Positions 20,219-36,045 of a DNA stretch of 64,000 bases are shown here, one piece after another. Positions within the stretch are counted from its first letter, which is position 1. Each line of letters opens with the position of its first letter. Position numbers and translations under genes: made by a program. The stretch lies in assembly GCF_009914755.1 (NCBI RefSeq), contig NC_060943.1; one strand, written 5' to 3'. The DNA comes from the human T2T-CHM13v2.0 reference genome, Homo sapiens. A model generated the notes under the pieces. It saw nothing but the letters and a program-made list of their open reading frames with translations, was not told the DNA's origin and did not search any database.

Positions 20219-22448
20219 TAAAACTAAACTAATACAGGGTTCATCTTCTACTTTGGGGTTCAAAAATCTCCTAAATAAACAGTTGGCTTTTTTTTTAAAG
20301 AACGTTAAAGAAATAACCCAGCCAGTGAAAAAAAATGGGGGCGTCAGCACCTTGAATTCCACTTATTCCTCCAAGAGGCAGAACAGATAGATGAAGGTAA
20401 GGCTGACCAACTAGACTAGAAGCGATTCCAGCCCCACACTAGGAGGCACCACGGTGAAGCAGGTGCTTCCTGCAAGAGGACTCTGGGAGAGGCAGGAGTG
20501 AGTCAGGCTGAAAACAGGGCAGGTGAAAGTCTGCACTCGCACAGCTTTGCAAGTGCCTGTGGGTAGTACTGCCAGCAGCCATGTACTTATACACGGGCAA
20601 AAGTCCCAGGAGCCTCCTCAGACTTGAGACCGCGGCTAGGTTCTCAGGCTGCCCAGGTGAGTGGAGACCTCTTCAGTCCCACCAGGTGGGGAAGAGAAGG
20701 GAGTCTGTGGCCTCACAGCTCTATATCTATGAAACTGGAAGCAGAACTGACCAGCTGACCCTGGCCCATGCAGGCCCACGAAACCCAGGGCATGCCTCAC
20801 CAGGAGCACAGAGCGGAGTGGAAGGCACCAATCATGAATCAGATCTATGCAGCTGAAGTAGAACAGGACTTCCAGCCTCACAGCCCTGCCCTGAGAAACA
20901 CACACAGACCAGACGTCTCCTGGACATGAGAAACACCTGATGCACAGATAAAGCGACTGAACTAAGTAGCCACAAGGCCAGAGAATCCAGACAACAGCCA
21001 CATTCAACTTTCAAAGACCTGTTAATTCCTATTCTCAGATTCTCAGACCAGAGTGATTTCAGTATAAAGTGGGACAGGATGCTACAAGAGAGGCTGAGAG
21101 AATAGGAAAGCCTTCACAGACTAAGAAAAGAACAGAAGACACAGCAACTAGTTCAGGAGGCCCTAGAGAGTTCTGCTGTGGTGAGAACATGATCATCAGG
21201 CCCCCAACCCCCACCAAGAAAAGGACATGGAATATAGAGAGATCAGAGACACGGCAATTTGTTCAGGAGGTCCAGCAGCTAACAGAAGAGCCCAGAAAGA
21301 GAACCTAAAGGAAAAGGACAAGAGGGAATTATTACTTTTTAAATAACACAAGACTTCTTAAAATAAGACACACAGAAACACTAGCCATAAACAAAGATAG
21401 ACACATTTGACAAAAACATACCAACATTCAAATATCTGACTGATAAGACACCACCAGTTAAGACAAGCTACAGACTGGGAGGAGTTAGTTGATATGTGAT
21501 AAAGAATTAGGATTCAGAATGCATGTGAAATACCTATATTAAAGTCAGTCCCTAGAAATCTAGGGATGGGGGAAGAGAAACAAAGAGAGAAGGAAATACA
21601 GATGGCCAATAAAGACATCAAAAGGTACTTAAGCTCACTAGCAATCAAGAAGATGCACATTAAAGGAATGCAATATACCTTTCTGGTCCTGAGGTAAGCA
21701 AACATTTAAAAGACCTGATAATGTCAAGTGTCGACAAACATGCAGGAAAAGGGGTATTTTCTCCCAGAGTGGGGAGACTGACAAGTAGCTTCGCCCCCTT
21801 GTAGAGACATGTGGCAGCACTAGTAACACTGAAAGTATATACCTAGCCGGGCATGGTGGCTCATGCCTGTAATCTCAGCACTTTGGGAGGCCGAGGCAGG
21901 TGAATCACGAGGTCAAGAGATGGAGACCATTGAGACCATCCTGGCCAACATGGTGAAACCCTGCCTCTACTAAAAATAAAAAAATTAGCTGGGCGTGGTG
22001 GCATGCACCTGTACTCCCAGCTACTTGGGAGGCTGAGGCAGGAGAATCACTTGAACCCGCGAGGCAAGGTTGCAGTGAGCTGAGATGGCACCACTGCACT
22101 GCAGCCTGGGCAACAGAATGAGACTCTGACTCAAAAAAAAAAAAAAAAAAAAAAGTACATACCTAAAACCAGGTACAATTCTGCTTCTAGGGGTATGCCT
22201 AGATAAAAACTACATAAACACGTGCACAAAGTGAAGTCACAGGAATGTTCACACAGCTTTCACTGGAGCAGCAAAAACAATGGGGGAAAGAGGAACTTAT
22301 AAACCTGCCCATAAAAGAAACTATGAACACAGAGGTGCACTTCTCTAATGGATACACTTGGCAGCGCAAAAGGAACAAGCCTGACTTCTCTGTATCTATC
22401 AACATGGATGGACCTCAAAGTTGAAAAAAGAAAACTATAGGAAAACTA

Positions 22449-22757
<309 letters not shown>

Positions 22758-25319
22758 TCAAAAAAAAGAAAAAGACTGTCTATGTCTATATAGTTTATCA
22801 TCTATGTATGCATATGAAAATGAATTAGCTGTGTACAAACTGAATCCATGAGTGGTTGCCTGAGAAATGGTGGAAAGACAAAGAGTAAAAGAAGAAAAAC
22901 AACAAATACGACAAAACAGTAATATTGTTCACTGATGGTGATGCCATTTGCTTCCTTTTTACACTTCTCTGTAATTATGAAATGTGCCAAAATTAAAACT
23001 AAAATAAATTTTTAAAAATTTAGAAATGAAAAAGGGGACATTTTCAAACTGTAAGCCCCATGGGCTAAAAAACAGGAAGAAAAAAAGAGCTGCCCCCAGC
23101 TGAATATGTAACCATGTCTGGGCCCACAAATCATGGAGGCCTCACCTCAAGGATGGTAAGGGGACTGGGCACAATGGCTCACGCCTGTAATCCCAGCATT
23201 TTGAGAGGGCAAGGCAGGCAAATCACCTGAGGTCAGAAGTTTGAGGCCAGTCTGACCAACATGGTGAAACCCTGTCTCGATTAAAAATACAAAAATTAGC
23301 CAGTGTGGTGGCACACACCTGTAATCTCAGCTACTCGGGAGGTTGAGGCATGAGAATCCCTTGAACCCGGGAGGGGAGGCTGCATCAAGCCAAGATCGTC
23401 CCACTGCACTCCAGTATGGACAACGCAATGAGACTCTGCCTCAAAAATAAAAATAAATAAATGGCTGGTAAGGGGACACAGTAAACACCTTCAGCCTAGA
23501 ATTGCAAAGGAAAATGCAAAACCAAAAGGCCAGAAGGAAGAGATGGTGGAAGACAGGAACCTAGTCTCACAGGCTGTGGAGATGAGAGGGACCCTTCAAG
23601 GGTAGGAGAGGAAATGCAGGTTTCACTGTTGCCTGATGCTAAGGGGAAAGGGTGCTAAAGAGAGAAGAGTACTGCTACAGGGAGGAGCAAACCCTTCTGG
23701 TCCACAGGTCACCCTCATGAGCTGCATTTGTATTTTCCAATCACATCCTAGGATGACTTGCAAAAGTGTTTCACCCAAATTCTCATAAACATTCTTGCAC
23801 ACATCACTTTGTACACACATATAAGCATTTATCTAGGCATTCTAAGCACTTCATGGAATCTGCTAACAAACCAGCCACACATTTAAACCCTTTGAGAGTC
23901 TGAAGGAGAGACCAAAGGTGCTGAGCTGGGTCTCAGATGTTTGCTGACAGATCTTGCCCAACTGCTCCCCCTTCAAGGAACCTGGGGCAATTCAGATGGC
24001 TTCTGTGGTAGATTTCATTGCAGAGAAGGAAAACATAAATAGATTGTGCACATCCTCAAGTCTGACCAAGCATGGGTGCAGACTATTATTGGTGTTTTAT
24101 GTACATAATGTTTGTTATGCAGATATCCTAGGTGGACTGTTAACAGAGGGGTTTGAATGCTTCCGTATTTGGAAAGGCTGGTTGGGGTTTTTTAGATGAA
24201 ATGAGATATTATCATTACAATTATTATTTTCCCCTATTCCTAGAAATAACGGGATCTGGGCTTCTGTAGTTAAAACCTCACTATTCAACATACTTCCATG
24301 AATGGACTATTCAGATAATGAGGGATGACAGCATTTGATGTTTTCACCAGATAAATGCTTTATTTCAATAAATACTTAACTTGGAGGGAACAATAAAGGG
24401 ACACAGGGTTCTTTTGCATTCCTGAAGATCTCACTTAGTTAAAAACACACAGCAGTCAAATCCGAGTTTCCCACAGGAAAAAATCCAGAGTGTGGGGAGG
24501 GGGGCCAGCCAGGAGCATGTTATCAGAAATCACAACTCTTCAGACATTGGAGGGTGTTGTTATTTTTAATTCTGTTTTATTTTCTCAGCATTAACTTAGA
24601 TAATTCTCAGAAAGCCTAGCATAAATTAACAGCAGAGTGTAGCATGGTGGTTAACAGGGCTTCTTCGCAGTGTTTTATTACAGCTAACTTCTACTCCTCA
24701 GAGTCTGATTCAGGGGCCATCTTTCAGGCTAGTCTAGCTTCACTACTGATTATTCTGTCTTAGGATTTAATAATGACTGTACATTGTAAGAGCAGCAAAC
24801 CTCATAGTTGCCCAAGTTCTGATGCCAGGCAACAATCACCTTGCATCATATGGTTCAGGCCCTTCTGCTTCCCATCTCACCTGGACCAGGGATAGCAACA
24901 CTGCCAAGTGGGAACAGCATACTTATGATGCACTTCACCCACCAGATTTGAAACTGTGGGCGGTTTCAATAATATTTTTTAATTTGAGGGGGAGGCACAA
25001 AGTAGAGACATCATTTTTAAATCTTGTTTTATATCCAAGTATCTCACATCTGCTTGATTCATTATCTTAACTTAAAAATAAAAGACCTAAAAATAAGTAA
25101 TGAAACTCTTTTTCTTCATCTTTCATAGCAGGGAGTTAACAGAGTAAATATAACTTTAATGAATTAGGAAAAAACCAATTTAAAAAATCTCCCATTTAGA
25201 AATACAGAGACAACTCTAAAAAACTGAAAACAGGAAGTTAAAAATGGCTGCCTCAGTCATTTTTTACAATGTAATTACATTGTAATTACACTTATTACAT
25301 TTACATTGTAATTACATTA

Positions 25320-25690
25320 CATTAAAAGAAATATTGACACAATGCTACAATATGGGTAACTCTTGAGAAGGCAAACATTATGCTAAGTGAAAAAAGCCAG
25401 ACAAAAAAGGCTGTGCCATATTATGATTCCATTTTTATGAAATGTCCAGACTAGGCAAATTCATAGAGACAGAAAGTACACTAGTGGTTGGGAGGGAGTA
25501 GGGGAAACAGGGAGTGACTACTAATGGGTACAGGATTTCTTTTTAGGGTGATGAAAATGTTCTAGAATTAGATACTGGTGATTGTTGCACAATTCTGTGA
25601 CTATACGAGAAACCACTGAATTACACACTTTAAAAGGATAAACTTTATAATATGTCAGTACCATCTCAATAAAGCTATTATAAAAATTTT
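25320..25690 (+). mobile_element. L1M 3' end fragment
   Basis: ATGCTAAGTGAAAAAAGCCAGACA...GGGTGATGAAAATGTTCTAGAATTAGAT...CTCAATAAAGCT. Confidence 0.8.
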
Positions 25691-26750
25691 TTTAAGTGGC
25701 TGCATCTGGTGAGGAGGCTGGGCAGGAGGACGGCAGAGAGATGACACCTTTCCTAAGTAACTCCATTGTCCTATTTCTCTCAGGAGCCACCCTGTCCCCA
25801 TAATCACAAAGGCCCCTGCTTTGATTTCCTTATACCTCTCCTCCATAGCTCCAAGGCCCTGGTCAGACTGAAGCCTGAAACACCAGCCTGCTTCCCACAG
25901 CCCTCTTCTTTCCACACCCATCACCACATTTTGGACCCTGGTGCCGCCTGATCCCAAGACTTCTGAGGTTCTGCAGCAAGCATTCAGGGCCTGGCCTCTC
26001 CAGCCTAAAATCTAACTGGAGTCAGTCTCACTCAAACACTGGTCACACAGTGTGCTGCCTGCCACCCCTGACCCCTGCGGTGCTGCAGGAGGCCAGACCC
26101 CCACTCACCAGGCTGTGCCCAACTGGCTGATGCATTCTTTTCACCTCTTGGCCCAGGTCTACGAAGCAGCCTTCCCCTCCACAGTAAAAGCTGAGCTCCA
26201 CACAGACTCTGTCCCATCTCCCGACTCATCAGGTGACTGTGCTCCTGCAGGCCTACCCTACCCGTCTCAGGTTTCTCCTGTCCCACACTGCACGTGTGGC
26301 TCCAGGTAGGCCGTGAGATCTCCTTAGCTGAGTGAATAACCCTGGAAAAGGGTCTGGGAGCTCCTCAGGGTGAAGGCTCACACCTGTCCTTGTTCCCTTC
26401 ACAGCAGGCACAGCAGGCACTGCACAGCATCAGCCTAAATCGGGTGCTAAAGACATGAGTGAAGGTGGCAATAGAGAAGTGGGGCTGCCAGCCAAAAGGG
26501 CTGCCCCTCATGCCCCACAACAAGCCAGGGAGAGTTGGAGCTCAGTACTGTGGACAGACTGGTTGACACTAAGGCTCCGAATCACTAAAAACGGCCTAAT
26601 TCTCCCTACCTGCTCTCAGGAAGGATTAACTTCCAGTTGCTTCCTTCCCTACCCAAACTCCAACTGTTGTAAACTGGAGAGCCGCATCAACTGGGATGAC
26701 CAGGGATAACCTGGACATCATCCTCTGGGAACAGGACAGCCCCATCTCAC

Positions 26751-26839
26751 CTGAACCTGGGCTGCTGGGAGCCCAGTGGCCCTCCTCCCCTCCTCCAGGC
26801 TTCCCTCCACGTGCCAGGCAGGATACTGAGGACACAGAG
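26751..26839 (-). CDS. ZNF606: ZNF606 coding exon (ALCPQYPAWHVEGSLEEGRRATGLPAAQVQ)
   Basis: Acceptor TTTCCTAG| at 26840, donor CAG|GTGAG at 26750; 89 nt, brings the frame to phase 0 before KRAB-A. Confidence 0.9.
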
Positions 26840-27105
26840 CTAGGAAACGAGAAAAAAGTCATGGAGGCAGCTCTCGCTGCCAGGAGCTCACCTTTTCTTC
26901 TGGGGGGCTGAGAACCAGCCCCTGCCCCTCCCCCTTGAATGAGGAAAGAGACCCACTTCCTCATTCTATAGATGAAGGAATTAGGGCTCAGAGAAGGTTA
27001 GGAAAGTACCTAAACACATGAATCTCTCATTGGCCCCCCTGTGCTATTGGGTACCATCTCTGAGAAGCAGTGTCTGGTCACAACCTTCCTGGGCCTGAAC
27101 CCTAA

Positions 27106-27461
<356 letters not shown>

Positions 27462-27625
27462 ACTAGTTTTCTGATTCCTCCTTGTTCCAGCTCTGCACAG
27501 AGACAGATCTGGACCACCTGCCCTAAAGCCCCACCTGGTCCCCATTCTATTCCCCAGCTGTGGCAGAGCACTACAGCCAGAGGCCACAATATGGCAGCCC
27601 ACAGCTGACCAGGCTCTTGACTCAC

Positions 27626-27682
27626 CCCAGGAGGCCCATGGGTCAACAGCTGTCATCCCCCAAGATTGGTCCGTAAGGGCAC
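27626..27682 (-). CDS. ZNF606: ZNF606 57-nt coding exon (GALTDQSWGMTAVDPWASW)
   Basis: GTGCAG| acceptor, G|GTGAGT donor, symmetric phase 1/1. Confidence 0.9.
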
Positions 27683-28231
27683 CTGCACAGAAGGATCAGG
27701 TTAGGACTGTGACACCAAACCTAGTGATTCAAGGCGACAAAATACAAGAGGAGGCTGACTCGCTAATGGGCACTACAAAATTCCATAAACAGAGCCCAAG
27801 GGTGTGTAAAAAAAATGCAACATAAGCTGGATTCACACAGGCAATGCACAGGTGAGTCACTATTAATTAACACCGTTTTAAAATTACCAACCAATGCTAT
27901 ATAAGTAAAAACAATAAAGGTAAAAATATATATGAGAGCAGTAGAGACAATATTTTATTATATGTATCACTGTTGTTTAGGAAACCCCACAAACCACCAG
28001 AAAAATCCCTTAAAACTAATGACACCTCTCAGGAGATGACTATAAAACATAAAAGTTAGTGTCTTTTATGCCAACAATTTTCCTCCTTTACCACCAATCA
28101 GTTCTAATTTTGTACCAAGATAGACAGACCCCCTTCCATCCTCAAAAGTCCTCAGCCCATCACCAGCTCTGACCCATGACTGCAGCAGCTAATGATAGGG
28201 GAGGCCCAGGAGAAACACAACTTGGACTCAC

Positions 28232-28262
28232 CCCAGGAGGCCCACGGGTTGATGGCTGCCAT
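28232..28262 (-). CDS. ZNF606: ZNF606 first coding segment (MAAINPWASW); exon probably starts at 28313
   Basis: GGGATGG Kozak at 28262, donor G|GTGAGT at 28231, polypyrimidine acceptor CACTAG| at 28314. Confidence 0.88.
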
Positions 28263-29089
28263 CCCGAGGACTGATTGACCAGGCACCTGCCCAGGAACAC
28301 AGCAAATCCCAACCTAGTGACAAAAGTGAAAAAAGACAAAACTAGTCCTTTCTCACAGAAGACCAAGTGGGAACAAAGAAGGGAATCCATCCACCGAAGC
28401 AACAAAAAAACTTGTAAGGAGCATCGTAAGAAAAGAGAATTTACATGTCAAAAAAGTAACACAATTCCTGGAGAGAAATGAAAGGTAATTTGCATAAGCT
28501 GGAAAAAAGAGCATGATCCTGAATGAGAGGGTACAAATTTGTCAGCTATTCCCAAGAGACAGCCAGTCACAACACAGATGGAACTTTTGGATTAATCTGA
28601 CAATTATTGTAAAATCAACTTGCAATCCTCATATATTAGTGGTTGCCTAGAGCTGGGGGAAAAATGAAATGGGGAGTGACTGCTTAAGGGGAACAAGGGT
28701 TTCTTTGTGGGGTGATGAAATGTTCTAAAATTAGATAATGGGGATGGTTGCACAACTTTATTAATATACAATAAAACCGGTGAATTGCACACTTTTAAGT
28801 GCTTAAAGTGAACATTATGTTATGCAAATTTAATCCCACCTCCAAAAAAAATTCACCTCCAAGATTTACTAAGCCTAAGCTTGTGTGTGTGTGGAGGACT
28901 TAGAGATGGGCCTGGCGCCCAGACCCCTAACTCCTCAGGTTCCAGATCTTTGTACAAGTCAGCAACCTCTCGAATGGATTCCTGGGTATGTGTATAAAGC
29001 ACTAGAACACACAGTGGGCCTCAGGAGCACCGGAATCAGCGCGAAAACGCAGAATGCAAACCGTACTTTGCACCATTATTTGCAACTTG

Positions 29090-30312
29090 ACAGTGACCGC
29101 CGCCGTCACTGCATGTTTAAGGGAACCCGGAGCTGTTTCCAACCCAGGTCTGACGTCCTTCACAGTGCTTTGTGTGAACTGGCAGGGGGAGAAACGACGG
29201 CTGGGGAACGAACGGGGTTATTCGTCCCATCAATGGCCTCAGAAGCATCCTTATCACCTGCTTCCAGAGCTCCCGACCCAAATTTCCTCCTCAAGACCGA
29301 CGCGGCCGCGACGCTGCAAAAGCTCGTCCCGGCCTCACCTGGCTCGCGGCCGGCGGTCCCCCTTGAAGGCGGCGCAGCAGGATCGGGGTCTGCCCGCCTG
29401 GGGCGTTTGGCTTTTGTCCCGCGCCGAGGTCCGGCCCAGGAGTGCGCTTGGGAGCTCCCGGCGCGGCCTCGGGGACAAAGGCCCGCGGAGCCGACGTGCA
29501 GCAGAGTTCACCCAGGCCCGTCCGACCAGAAAACGAAGAACGCCCGGAGGCGGGAGGCCGGAGGCAGGCTGCTGGCTGGAGAACCGACGGCAACGACGGC
29601 GCAAAGCCGGCGCGGAAAGGGCAGGCGCAGGACCCACCCTGACGCCGCCTCTCCCAGCCGGCTCTCCTGACCCCCCAAGCCCCGCAGCTACGGCGGCCCC
29701 ACAGCCTGAGCAAAGGCCTCACCTCAGCCGCGGACAATGGCGGCTGCTTCCCCGGCGTCGACCGGAGCGCGCCGCGGGGTCTGCTGGGAGCTGTAGTTCC
29801 AGGCGGGCACTTCCGGCGTCGGGCAGCGGCGCCGCCATGACAGGTTCCTGGGCCGCGCCGCCTCGCCCTGCCTGGGCGGGGTTGGGACCTTTCTGGCACC
29901 TGCGTCGAAGCCGGCGGCAGGATGGACTTTGTTGTCCCGGTCCCAGACCACCCTCCTCCACCGTCGCCTCCCACTGCAAAAAGGCCTGGGTAAGTCGCGG
30001 CCCCGCGGGCCTCGGTTTGCCCATCCGCAAAATGGCGCCTCGTGGTACCGGGTTTCCCGGGAGGAGCTCGGCGAGTTCTCAGCGCTCTCGAGGGATCCTT
30101 CCATTTGGCGTTCGCAAGATTGTGAGAAAGTGACTGCTGTTATTCTCTTTAAGATAAGGAACCTAATTCGAGCTACCCTTCTCTGTGAAGCTCGACGGCT
30201 GAGAACGTCAGGGCTCGTTCCCAAGTCTCTTTCCAGAGGCCAGGCTTTATGGGAGCATGGGTTACCAGCGACGCACCCTGTGAGTTTTCGTCTATCGATA
30301 TGCATGGAGCGG

Positions 30313-30320
<8 letters not shown>
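29090..30320. promoter_or_regulatory. ZNF606: CpG island and bidirectional promoter of ZNF606, including non-coding exon 1 (minus donors AG|GTGAGG at 29338 and 29722)
   Basis: High CpG density; ZNF143-type ACTACAGCTCCCAG (29784-29799, minus), ETS CCGGAAGTG (29808-29816, minus), YY1-type motifs at 29736, 29830 and 30028. Confidence 0.9.
29820..29995 (+). ncRNA. Putative first exon of a divergent/antisense transcript
   Basis: Donor TGG|GTAAGT at 29990 on + just past the promoter motifs; transcription itself cannot be seen in sequence. Confidence 0.45.
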
Positions 30321-30946
<626 letters not shown>

Positions 30947-31107
30947 TTAGGAAGCTAGACTTGAGTGAGCAGTGGGCAAGAGAGATTTTGAAGATATTTC
31001 CACTAGTAATGGAGGATCATTTTAAAAAGCTGGCCTGTGGGTTGGGCTTTTGTTGTTGGGTGGTGTTGGCACTCACTGTGGGTGGGCAAAGGGGAGTAGC
31101 CCTTTCA

Positions 31108-31194
31108 GAGGGAGAGGAAAAGTTCAAGTAGGACAGGCTGAATTCAAGGGAGAGGAAAATTTCAAGTAGGACAGGCTGAATTCGAGGGAGAGGA
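31108..31194 (+). repeat. 38-bp tandem repeat, about 2.3 copies
   Basis: AGGGAGAGGAAAA(G/T)TTCAAGTAGGACAGGCTGAATTC units starting at 31108, 31146, 31184. Confidence 0.9.
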
Positions 31195-32050
31195 CCATGA
31201 GAGAGGTAAGGTGGAAGGGGCAAGGTGTTGGGACAGGCCCCAGCTGGCAGGAAGGTGAACCCAGTCAGAGTGGGCACTGAGAGGAAAGCAATCTATGGAT
31301 GGTACAGCCACAATTTCCATCTCAGGATCAAGCAGAGAAAGAGAGGCTGGAGAAGGAAGAGTGACAGAAGTAAGAAGAGAGTGTCTCTCCACTTCCACTC
31401 CAGCCCCCTACAGCTCATCCTCCAGCAGGCAGCCAAGGGCACTTTTAGGATCTCACATCAGGTCCTTGCCTCACATTCTGCACTGGCTTCCCAAGTAATT
31501 AAAGTAAAATCCAAATTCCAGCTCACAGCTTAGAAAACTCAGCAGGACTGGCCTCTGTCCTATCCCACACCCCACCTCAGTCCCTCAAGCTCATCTCCTG
31601 TCATTCCTGCCCATTTCTGGACCCCAGCCACTCCTCAAACAGGGTAAGTCCATTCCTGCTTCAGGGCCTTTGTACGTATTGTTTCCTCTTCCTGGAATCT
31701 TCTTCCTTGTACAGCCCCAGGGTTTTCTTTTTTTCATCCAGATCACAGCACAGATGTCACATCCTGGTAACAGCCAGCTGTGACTCATCTCCCTAATTCT
31801 CAATCGTATTACTCTCTTTTTATTTTCTTCGTATCGTAACTGATAGTCTCATACAGTACAGAAGCCAAGTTTTAAGATATGCAATCACCAAATACCTGCT
31901 ACACAAACCTCAATGTTCATATAAAATAAGACTAGAATTCATATTCTAAAGAGAGATGAGGTAGCTCTGTTCACTTTTGAGAGGGAACTCAAATGAGAGA
32001 GATACCTTTGACCTAAAGGTGTCAGGAAACCAGATGAAGAAAAACACCCC

Positions 32051-33012
32051 TGCTATGATTTGAATGTTTTTATCCTCTCCAAAATTCATGTTGAAACTTA
32101 CTCCCCAGTGCAGTAGTGTTGGGAGGCAGGGTCTAATGGGATTTATGGAGGTCATAAGGCTCTGCTGTCATGAATGGATTAATGTTGTAAACCAAAAAAT
32201 AAAATTCTAAGCCCCCCACCCCCCAACCATATGAATAGACCCCTCCTCTCAGCCAAGGGCATTCCAAAGTTAATTTGAAAAATGAGTTCGGGCCATGATG
32301 GGAAGCAGAAGCTGGACTTGCCTCATTATACCCTCCTCCCTTCTAGAATTAGTGATAGAACAGACTCTTTAAGTCTGATAAGAAACATTTACAGTCTGTT
32401 ATCTCCGGAGGTTTCATCTGCTTGGTAAAACCTTGAGTTCCACAACCCCAGACATTCCTTTCTATTGACAATAACTCTTTAAATCAATTGGCAATCAGAA
32501 ATCTTTAAATCTGCCTATAACCTGGAAACTTTCTGTACCAGTATACATCTTATATGTATTGATTGATGTCTCATGTCTCCCTAAGATGTATAAAAGCAAG
32601 CTGAACCCTAACCACCCTGGGCATGTCCTCAGGATCTCCTGAGAGCTGCGTCAGGGGCCACTGGTCACCATATTTGGCTCAGAGTAAATCTCTTCAAATA
32701 TTTTACAGAGTTTGACTCTTCGTCAACAATGCCATTGTAAAAGGTTCATGGAGAGATTCTGCATGTGCTTGCATTCTCTTTCTCTCTCTCTCTTTCTTTC
32801 TCTCCCCCCACCCCCACCCTCCACCACCCTGCCCTTTACCTTCTGTCAGGTGAGGATGCAGTGTCCAAGGCACCATCTTGAACTCATCATCGCCAAATAT
32901 GTGAGCACCTTGATGTTGGACTTCCCAACCTCCAGACCGTAAGGCAGTACATTTCTTTGTAAATTACGCAGTCTCAGCTATTCTGTTACAGCAGCACAAA
33001 TGGACTAAGACA
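32051..33012 (+). mobile_element. MST (MaLR) solo LTR hosting a nested LTR
   Basis: TGCTATG...GGACTAAGACA ends, 5-bp TSD ACCCC. Confidence 0.85.
32186..32728 (+). mobile_element. MER4-family (ERV1) solo LTR nested in MST
   Basis: TGTAAACCAAAAAATAAAATTCTAAGCCCC...TTTGACTCTTCGTCAACA; near-perfect 4-bp TSD ATGT/ATGC. Confidence 0.85.
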
Positions 33013-33179
33013 ACCCCCGAGATAGGAAGGGGTAAGGTAAATGCAATGAGAGTTGGGGTTTTCGATCTTAGTCCAGTAAAGGAGCTGGAACTGTTCTGTA
33101 TAAACAAAGGGCAAGGTAATTGCTACATAGATTCTTTTCTTATTATTGCTGATTCTTATCCTAAAATAAAGGACATTGC

Positions 33180-34140
<961 letters not shown>

Positions 34141-34413
34141 ATGTGAAAGAAAAAACGGGGGTGTCTTTTGCTTCCACATTTGTAGCCCCAGCTTCTGTAT
34201 CTCCTGCGTGATAATGGTTGGATGAATTAAAAGGTAGGAGGAATAGAAGAGGAGAAAAGCAATAGGAAGAGGAAGGCTGGAAGAAAAGCCCAGCTCCACT
34301 GTCTCACTTGGGTGTCACTGGGTACTGGGGAATTTGGAAGCACTAGGGAACAGAGAGGAAGGTGCTCCCTTAGGCTTCCACTTCTCAGCCCAGTAGTGAG
34401 AGGCTATGAAGCT

Positions 34414-34428
34414 GTTGCCCCCTGGTGG
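34414..34428 (-). promoter_or_regulatory. Candidate CTCF site
   Basis: Minus strand CCACCAGGGGGCAAC, close to the CTCF core consensus. Confidence 0.5.
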
Positions 34429-34858
34429 GGGACAAGTGAGACCAGTGAGAGAGGGTTTTTGCCTTGGAATTGCCCCTTCCCTGGAGACAGCAGCAAGATG
34501 AAGGCCTCTCAAGAAGTGCTTCATCCTCTGGAAACCAGCGGAGGAAATGACTTTCCCAAGAGAAGGATCATACATCACTCAATCATCAGCAAACATTTAT
34601 GAAGCACCTGCTCTGTGCCAGACCCTAAAGTGAAAAAAAACAAACACTGCACTTACGGAAGCACGAGATAAACAATAAACATAAGTAAATTAAAGAGTAG
34701 TTAGAAGGCAACAACTTTGGAAGAAAGAAAAAAGAGTAGGTGATGTAGTGCCCAGATGGGAAGGGCAAGTTGCCGTATAAAATTGGGTGCTAAGAGTGAG
34801 TCAGAGTCACCTCATTGAGGTGACATCTGAACAAGGACTGGAAAGAAGGGATGCAGAT

Positions 34859-35221
<363 letters not shown>

Positions 35222-35838
35222 TCAGCTGCGGGAACAACAGTGGTCATAGAGGCAATAAGGGGGCCAGATGGTAGAGAAAGTTGAAGGCATCATGAGGGCT
35301 CTGGCAGGGTTCTGAGTAGAGCATTGATGAGCTCTAGCCTCTGTATGGAGAGTAACCAAGGAAAGCAGTAGAGTCATGTGTGAAACCAATGTAGTAATTA
35401 GGTGGAAGATGATAGCCGCTCGGATCAGATTGGTGATCAGTGGCTGGATTGCGGACATGCTGATACTTTAAAGGTAGAGCCAACAGACCGTAGGTTCAAG
35501 GTTTTGCATCATAAGGGGCAATATAGCCTGTAATGTTCAGAAGGAGTCAAGAAATAAAGGAGGCCTCTCAATACAGAGCTATTCACCAAGGGCCTTGATG
35601 GGGAGGAAGTAAGTTGCAAGTGTGTGGAGATACTGCTCCCTTCTGGCCCAAGCTCCCTCCCACTCCAGTTACCCAGTGTTGCGGGCAGCACCCTATTCTC
35701 TTCTGGGAGGTAGCGGAGGCAGAGCCACACCATCATTTTGGATGCACCTATTATGGGAGGCTGGAGTGCAATGGTGCCATCTTGGCTCACTACAACCTCC
35801 GCCTCCCAGGTTCAAGGGATTCTGCCTCAGCCTCCTGA

Positions 35839-36045
<207 letters not shown>

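Noticed and set aside
23954-24199. 81-aa ORF with faint integrase-like words (VDFI, LLV)
   Set aside because: Spacing does not fit and no other retroviral motifs are visible
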